From assembly GCF_055900595.2 (NCBI RefSeq), contig NZ_CM148325.1: a stretch of 64,000 nt of DNA. One strand, given 5' to 3'. Below, one piece after another: positions 57,185-64,000 of this stretch (position 1 is its first letter; every line of letters begins with the position of its first letter). The notes beneath the pieces were generated by a model that worked only from the letters and a program-made list of their open reading frames with translations, was not told where the DNA came from and did no database searches. Position numbers and translations under genes: made by a program.

Positions 57185-58858
57185 TTACTCGCCTTTAGCT
57201 GCTTTGAAAGCTTCAGCCATTGCGTTGTTGGAGAAGTTTGCATCTTCCTGTTTGTTAACAGTTGCGATTGCATCTTTCTCATCAGCTTCGTCTTTCGCAC
57301 GAACAGACAGGCTGATTGCGCGGTTCTTACGATCAACGCCGGTGAATTTAGCTTCAACTTCGTCGCCAACGCTCAGAACCAGGGTAGCGTCTTCAACGCG
57401 GTCACGGGATGCTTCAGAAGCACGCAGGTAACCTTCAACGCCGTCAGCCAGTTCTACGGTTGCGCCTTTAGCGTCAACTGCAGTTACTTTACCGGTTACG
57501 ATAGCGCCTTTCTTGTTCAGAGCAACCCAGTTGTTGAACGGATCTTCTGCGAGCTGTTTAACGCCCAGGGAGATACGTTCACGTTCTGCGTCAACCTGCA
57601 GAACAACTGCAGCGATTTCGTCGCCTTTTTTGTATTCACGAACTGCTTCTTCGCCTGCAACGTTCCAGGAGATGTCAGACAGGTGAACCAGGCCGTCGAT
57701 GCCGCCGTCCAGGCCGATGAAGATACCGAAGTCAGTGATAGACTTGATTTTACCTTCAACACGGTCACCCTTGTTGTGGGTTTCCGCGAACTGCTGCCAC
57801 GGGTTAGCTTTACACTGTTTCAGACCCAGGGAGATACGACGACGTTCTTCGTCGATATCCAGAACCATAACTTCCACTACATCGCCAACGTTAACAACTT
57901 TGGACGGGTGGATGTTTTTGTTGGTCCAATCCATTTCGGAAACGTGTACCAGGCCTTCAACGCCTTCTTCGATTTCAACGAAGCAGCCGTAGTCGGTCAG
58001 GTTGGTCACGCGACCAGTCAGTTTGGTACCTTCCGGATAACGTTTAGCAATAGCTACCCACGGATCTTCGCCCAGCTGTTTCAGGCCCAGGGATACACGG
58101 GTACGTTCGCGGTCGAACTTCAGCACTTTAACAGTGATTTCGTCGCCCACGTTGACGATTTCGCTCGGATGCTTAACGCGTTTCCAGGCCATATCAGTGA
58201 TGTGCAGCAGGCCGTCAACGCCGCCCAGATCAACGAATGCACCGTAGTCAGTGAGGTTCTTAACGATACCTTTAACTTCCATGCCTTCCTGCAGGTTTTC
58301 CAGCAGCTGATCGCGCTCTGCGCTGTTTTCGGATTCGATAACGGCACGACGAGAAACAACAACGTTGTTGCGCTTCTGATCCAGCTTGATTACTTTGAAT
58401 TCAAGCTCTTTGCCTTCCAGGTGCAGAGTGTCACGCACCGGACGAACGTCTACCAGAGAACCTGGCAGGAACGCACGAATACCGTTCAGCTCAACAGTGA
58501 AGCCGCCCTTAACTTTGCCGTTGATAACACCGGTAACAGTTTCAGCATCTTCGTAAGCTTTTTCCAGCGTGATCCAGGCTTCGTGACGTTTAGCTTTCTC
58601 ACGGGACAGCAGAGTTTCACCGAAGCCGTCTTCTACTGCGTCCAGAGCAACGTCAACTTCGTCACCTACCTGGATTTCCAGCTCGCCCTGGGCGTTTTTG
58701 AACTGCTCAGCCGGGATGGCGGACTCAGATTTCAGACCAGCGTCAACCAGTACTACGTCTTTGTCGATAGCAACAACAACGCCACGAACGATAGAACCCG
58801 GGCGGGTTTCGATTTCTTTTAAGGACTCTTCAAAGAGTTGAGCAAAAGATTCAGTCAT
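57185..58858 (-). CDS. rpsA: 30S ribosomal protein S1
   Basis: 557-aa [56 protein letters not shown]...; six S1 repeats. Confidence 0.96.
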
Positions 58859-58968
58859 GTTTAATCTTCAGGTTTATATTTAACGTCCACCTGGCTCCAT
58901 GCCGGATGGGGTTGTTTAACATACCCGCTGTCATTCCATTGCAACGGGGGTACTGCAAATTCGGTCGC

Positions 58969-59652
58969 TTATGCGAGAGCCAATTTCTGGCGCGCGTATT
59001 GTAGCGCTTTTTCAATCACTTGCTCAATGCTTAAGGTGGTGGAATCCAACACTAAAGCATCGGCTGCCGGAACCAGTGGCGCTACCGCTCGGTTACGATC
59101 GCGGTCGTCGCGTTCTTTGATCTCGGCCAAAAGGCGCTCAAAGTTAACACTAAAGCCCTTCTCCTGCAACTGTAGCATGCGGCGATGCGCACGTTCTTCC
59201 GAGGAGGCGTCAAGGAAAATTTTCACTGGCGCATCAGGGAATACCACCGTTCCCATATCGCGGCCATCGGCAATCAAGCCTGGTAATTCGCGAAACGCGC
59301 GTTGGCGACGCAATAATGCTTCACGAACGCGTGGGAATGCCGCGACTTGTGAAGCAGCATTCGCCACTTCCTGAGTACGAATTTCGCCGCTGACATCTTC
59401 CCCTTCGAGGATCACTTCCAGATTGCCATTGGTCGACACAAAACGTACATCCAGATGGGATGCCAGCGGCACGAGCGCATCTTCCGATGCAACATCAACA
59501 TGGTGATGTAATGCCGCCAGTGCCAGTACGCGATAAATTGCACCCGAGTCCAGCAGATGCCATTGCAACGCTTCCGCCATAGCCTTACACAAGGTGCCTT
59601 TCCCTGCACCGCTTGGGCCATCAATGGTAATAACCGGGGCAATTGCCGTCAT
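58969..59652 (-). CDS. cmk: Cytidylate kinase
   Basis: 227-aa [54 protein letters not shown]... Confidence 0.95.
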
Positions 59653-59824
59653 CTTTATCTCCTTAAAACAGGCGTACCGTTAACATAACCGCGCGCATTA
59701 TACGCGCCGACGCCACAAATCGTTAACGTTGTGTGCAAAAACCAGTTTTGTCTGTATTCAGATGGGGATTTATTGCGCAATTATAGCGGGCTGGCAGAAG
59801 ACCAGCCCGAAAGATGACAATGAT

Positions 59825-60589
59825 TTACTTACCAGAGGCGATACGATCACGGATGTGTTGCGCACGCTCTGTTGATGGTGGGTGAGAGTCAAACATGGAC
59901 TGGGTCCGGCCGCCATCCAGGCTGGCCAATTTTTCAAAGCTGCCAACCAGCCCCTGGGTGCTGATGCCACGTTTCTTCAACAGATCAAAGGAGAAATCAT
60001 CTGCTTCGGACTCTTTATCGCGGGAGTATTTAGCATTGATCGCGCCTTCTGCGATATCACCTAATTGTGAGCGAGAAAGCTGGGAAGCCACACCGCTGGT
60101 AGCGGAAATCGCATCACGTGCGGCAACGATCGCATAAGAAGCTTTCATTTCAGCCAGCGAGTGACCCAACGCGACGTGGCCCAGTTCATGACCCAGAACG
60201 CCTTCAATTTCGTTGTCGTTCATCATGTCCATCAGGCCACTGTAGACACGAACACAGCCGTTCGCCATCGCCCATGCGTTGACGTCGCTGGTCATATAAA
60301 CCTTATAGTTGACCGGCGTGCCATTAATATTGTTACCCAATGCTTTGGCGATTTTTGCCAGACGTTTACCGTACTTGCTGGATTTACTTGCGACTTGATT
60401 GCCGCTGTCCATTTCGGCACAGCCCTGATTGGCAATCGCTTTTGCATCAGCATCGCTTAACGTTGCTGCTTTATAGGCATTTAAACCTGAGCTGATAGCC
60501 ATATTGGTATCAATACCGTGGGTATTCTGACACCCTGTCAGTAAAGCTGCAGAGGCCGCAATCGCCAGCAGTAATTTAGTATTCTTCAT
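59825..60589 (-). CDS. ycaL: Periplasmic M48-family metalloprotease lipoprotein YcaL (LoiP)
   Basis: ATG 60589 MKNTKLLLAIAASAALLTGCQN... (lipobox LTGC), HELGH zinc motif; ORF track starts 8 codons upstream. Confidence 0.9.
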   Translation of the reverse strand: MKNTKLLLAIAASAALLTGCQNTHGIDTNMAISSGLNAYKAATLSDADAKAIANQGCAEMDSGNQVASKSSKYGKRLAKIAKALGNNINGTPVNYKVYMTSDVNAWAMANGCVRVYSGLMDMMNDNEIEGVLGHELGHVALGHSLAEMKASYAIVAARDAISATSGVASQLSRSQLGDIAEGAINAKYSRDKESEADDFSFDLLKKRGISTQGLVGSFEKLASLDGGRTQSMFDSHPPSTERAQHIRDRIASGK

Positions 60590-60757
60590 GTGAATCATCC
60601 GTTGATTAATCATATATAAATATTATGTATCAATAACTTACATCGACAAACGACGCTATCATTAATCAAAATGACTCACAAGGTCCGAAAAAAAACGCCG
60701 GCAATGTGCCGACGTTTTGATAAAGAAAGATTTGGCTATTTATTGCACGTTGTTCAT

Positions 60758-62041
60758 TCAGGCTGCCTGGCTAATCCGCGCCAGTTGCTCGAAATAATCC
60801 GGAAATGTTTTGGCCGTGCATTTGGGATCAAGAATCGTCACTGGTGTATCTGACAACGCCACCAGCGAGAAACACATCGCCATCCGGTGATCATTGTATG
60901 TTGCGATCTCGGCAAAGTTCAGTTTTTCCGGTGGAGTGATACGAATGTAATCGTGCCCCTCTTCTACTTCCGCACCAACTTTACGCAGTTCTGTTGCCAT
61001 CGCAAACAGGCGATCGGTCTCTTTAACACGCCAGTTATAGATATTGCGCAGCGTGGTGGTGCCTTTTGCAAATAACGCCGCCGTGGCAATGGTCATCGCC
61101 GCATCAGGAATATGGTTCATATCCATATCAATAGCGTTCAGTTCACCCCGCGTGCAGGAAATATAATCATCGCCCCAGCAAATGGTCGCGCCCATTTTTT
61201 CCAGCACATCAGCAAAGCGAATATCACCCTGCATACTGTTGCGTCCAATGCCGGTCACTTTTACAGTGCCGCCTTTGATTGCTGCTGCTGCCAGGAAGTA
61301 AGAAGCCGAAGATGCATCGCCTTCGACCAAATAAGTACCCGGAGACTGATAAGACTGCCCGCCTTTTACGACAAATTGTTGATAGTGCTGATTTTCAATT
61401 TCAACACCAAACGTCTTCATCAGATTGAGTGTGATGTCGATATAAGGTTTAGAGACCAGATCGCCTTTAATACGAATCACCGTATCTTCCGGTGCAAGAG
61501 GCGCAGTCATTAACAGTGCGGTGAGAAACTGACTGGAAACGGAGCCATCAACGTCAACGTTGCCGCCAGTAAAGCCGCCCTGTAAACGCAATGGTGGATA
61601 ATTTTCTTGTTCCAGGTAAGTGATCTTCGCCCCACCCAGGCGCAGCGCATCCACCAGATGACCAATGGGGCGTTCTTTCATACGCGGTTCACCGGTCAGC
61701 ACAATATCATTGCTACCCAGACAAAGAGCTGCCGCCAGCGGACGCATTGCCGTTCCGGCGTTACCGAGGAACAACTCCAGGGCACTTTTTGCGTGTAATG
61801 GACCGCCGTTACCGATGATTTCGCAACGCGTACGATCGGCTGAAAGCGTGTAACTTACCCCTAACGCGGTTAATGCATTCAGCATATGGCGCACGTCATC
61901 GCTATCCAGCAGATTGGTTAATACTGTTTTGCCATGTGCTAATGCCGCCAGCAATAAAGCGCGGTTAGAAACGCTCTTGGAACCGGGCAGATTAATGGTG
62001 CCATCGACACGAGCGATGGGTTGTAACGTCAGGGATTCCAT
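60758..62041 (-). CDS. aroA: 3-phosphoshikimate 1-carboxyvinyltransferase (EPSP synthase)
   Basis: 427-aa [60 protein letters not shown]... Confidence 0.95.
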   Translation of the reverse strand: MESLTLQPIARVDGTINLPGSKSVSNRALLLAALAHGKTVLTNLLDSDDVRHMLNALTALGVSYTLSADRTRCEIIGNGGPLHAKSALELFLGNAGTAMRPLAAALCLGSNDIVLTGEPRMKERPIGHLVDALRLGGAKITYLEQENYPPLRLQGGFTGGNVDVDGSVSSQFLTALLMTAPLAPEDTVIRIKGDLVSKPYIDITLNLMKTFGVEIENQHYQQFVVKGGQSYQSPGTYLVEGDASSASYFLAAAAIKGGTVKVTGIGRNSMQGDIRFADVLEKMGATICWGDDYISCTRGELNAIDMDMNHIPDAAMTIATAALFAKGTTTLRNIYNWRVKETDRLFAMATELRKVGAEVEEGHDYIRITPPEKLNFAEIATYNDHRMAMCFSLVALSDTPVTILDPKCTAKTFPDYFEQLARISQAA

Positions 62042-62111
62042 GAACTCAACTCTCTACAACAGAAATAAAAACCCCACAGGCTGGCTGTGGGGATTAAGCA
62101 AAATTTCGGCA

Positions 62112-63200
62112 TTAGCCGTGACGGCGTTCGAACTCAATCATGAAGTCTGTCAGCGCTTTAACGCCTTCCAGAGGCATTGCGTTATAAATTGACGCACGCA
62201 TACCGCCGACCACACGATGCCCTTTCAGGGCATGCAGCCCCGCAGCAAAAGACTCTTCAAGGAACAATTTGTCAAGCGCACTGTCCGCCAACTGGAACGG
62301 CACGTTCATCCGCGAACGGTTAGCTTTCGCCACGTCATTGCGGTAGAAATCGCTGTTATCAATCACCCCATACAGCAGTTCTGCTTTTTGCTGATTGATT
62401 TTATCCATTGCAGCCACGCCGCCGTTCGCTTTCAGCCATTTGAATACCAGACCGGACAGGTACCAGGCAAATGTCGGCGGCGTGTTAAACATTGAGTCGT
62501 TATCGTTAAGGATGGAATAATCCAGAATCGACGGACAAGCGATATTCGCTTTACCCAGTAAGTCTTCACGAACGATGACGATTGTCAGGCCCGCCGGGCC
62601 GATATTTTTCTGTGCGCCAGCATAAATCACACCGTAACGACTGACGTCAATTGGACGGGAAAGAATCGTTGAAGAGAAGTCGGCTGCAACCACCACTTCT
62701 TTACCAAAGTCTGGCGTTTCGTCGATGGCGATACCATCGATGGTCTCATTTGGGCAGTAATGCATATAAGCGGCATTATCAGAGAGCTGCCATTCACGCA
62801 TTGGCTTAACCGCACGAAGACCATCAACAGTCACTTTGGCGTCAAAGACATTTGGCTTGCAGTATTTTTTCGCTTCTTTAATGGCACTTGCCGCCCAGTA
62901 ACCGGCATCAACATAATCTGCAGTGGTTTTATCACCAAGAATATTCAACGGTACTGCAGCAAATTGACCGCGACCACCGCCGTGGCAGAACAATACTTTA
63001 TAGTTGGAGGGGATATTAAGAAGATCGCGAAAATCCTTCTCGGCTTCCTCTGCAACCTGAATGAACTCTTTACCACGGTGGCTCACTTCCATCACCGACG
63101 TACCAAGACCGTTCCAGTCGCGCAGTTCCTGTTGAGCCTGTTTAAGCACCTCTGCCGGTAGCATTGCCGGACCAGAACTAAAATTGAAGATTTGAGCCAT
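62112..63200 (-). CDS. serC: Phosphoserine aminotransferase
   Basis: 362-aa [64 protein letters not shown]... Confidence 0.95.
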   Translation of the reverse strand: MAQIFNFSSGPAMLPAEVLKQAQQELRDWNGLGTSVMEVSHRGKEFIQVAEEAEKDFRDLLNIPSNYKVLFCHGGGRGQFAAVPLNILGDKTTADYVDAGYWAASAIKEAKKYCKPNVFDAKVTVDGLRAVKPMREWQLSDNAAYMHYCPNETIDGIAIDETPDFGKEVVVAADFSSTILSRPIDVSRYGVIYAGAQKNIGPAGLTIVIVREDLLGKANIACPSILDYSILNDNDSMFNTPPTFAWYLSGLVFKWLKANGGVAAMDKINQQKAELLYGVIDNSDFYRNDVAKANRSRMNVPFQLADSALDKLFLEESFAAGLHALKGHRVVGGMRASIYNAMPLEGVKALTDFMIEFERRHG

Positions 63201-63398
63201 TTCCCCTCACCACGTTGCGTTGCTATTAACCCGCGGTCAATCGATTGCGACCACAGGTAATACATTATTCCTGTGGCTATCGGTTTTATCATTCAGTGAC
63301 ACACATCGCAATGAGTAAAACCGTTGAGGGCAAAAATGTGGCTTGCATCACACAAAAGAATCTCTCGGATTATTAGCAAAAAGCCGATGTTTTTACTG

Positions 63399-64000
63399 TC
63401 AGGTCACCCGTTTTGCCCGACTTGCCTTCGTCCATTCTGGATTTGCACAGCGCGGACATAATTGTTTTTCCCCCGCGTTCATATGAATGATTTCACTGCA
63501 ACGGATGCAGGCATAGTCCGCCGACTCGGGTACCACTTTGTAACGCTGAGTACAGTCACTGGGTAAAATAAGTAAACCCGGTTTAACCTTGTCATCTTCA
63601 AAGAAATAGACACTGATTTGCCCGTTGGTTTCGAGTATCGCCAGACGTACCTGCCCCAGCTGCTCTACACCGCGCAATCGTAGCTCCATAAAGAACTCAA
63701 ATTCCGTCATGTTGGAGTTATTGAGTTTCGACCAGGCCAGCTCACCATCCTCAATAATGACAACCGGCTTGCCTTCCAGAAGATCCTCCAGTTTTTCACT
63801 GTGCGCCATCAACCACATTACCAGACGGTATAACAACGCCAGAGTAATAAAGACGATAAGCACCGGAACCATCGGCACATCATCATAAAACGCCACATCT
63901 CCCGCCGCTGACCCCAGCGTCAGAATGATTAACACTTCAAACAGCGACATCTGCCGCACACCGCGTCTGCCGGTCATTTTGAGGAACAAAAAAACCAGTA
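63399..64000 (-). CDS. ycaP: DUF421-family inner membrane protein YcaP, N-terminally truncated by the window edge
   Basis: ORF ...FLKMTGRRGVRQMSLFEVLIILTLGSAAGDVAFYDDVPMVPVLIVFITLALLYRLV...CPRCANPEWTKASRAKRVT; stop at 63399; true start lies beyond 64000. Confidence 0.8.
   Translation of the reverse strand, partial: LVFLFLKMTGRRGVRQMSLFEVLIILTLGSAAGDVAFYDDVPMVPVLIVFITLALLYRLVMWLMAHSEKLEDLLEGKPVVIIEDGELAWSKLNNSNMTEFEFFMELRLRGVEQLGQVRLAILETNGQISVYFFEDDKVKPGLLILPSDCTQRYKVVPESADYACIRCSEIIHMNAGEKQLCPRCANPEWTKASRAKRVT

Noticed and set aside
57683-58822. 379-aa ORF on the plus strand
   Set aside because: Entirely antisense to rpsA (ribosomal protein S1), whose product is unambiguous; low-complexity translation typical of a spurious antisense frame in a highly expressed gene.

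Overview
This window is a conserved Escherichia coli core-chromosome segment, co-linear (reverse-complemented) with the K-12 serC–mgsA region at roughly 21–23 min. I found no novel multi-gene system: every long ORF matches a known housekeeping gene, and the intergenic spacings leave no room for hidden cargo. Gene order is mgsA', helD, yccF, yccS, sxy, sulA, ompA, matP, ycbZ, fabA, rmf, pqiCBA, uup, rlmL, ycbX, zapC, pyrD, ssuEADCB, pepN, pncB, asnS, ompF, aspC, ycbL, mepK, ldtD, mukBEF, smtA, elyC, ycbJ, kdsB, ycaR, ycaQ, lpxK, msbA, ycaI, ihfB, rpsA, cmk, ycaL, aroA, serC, ycaP'. Three strain-specific differences from K-12 stand out. (1) A complete 1,329-bp IS10 with a 9-bp target-site duplication interrupts ompF inside the signal-peptide codons; the IS10 inside end supplies an in-frame ATG and Shine-Dalgarno-like motif that could rebuild a signal-peptide-like N-terminus on mature OmpF. 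(2) pyrD and ssuE sit 236 bp apart, so the ~7 kb elf/ycb fimbrial operon that separates them in K-12 is absent. (3) ompA carries non-K-12 residues in surface loops 2 and 3. All identifications rest on recalled protein and DNA motifs, not database searches.
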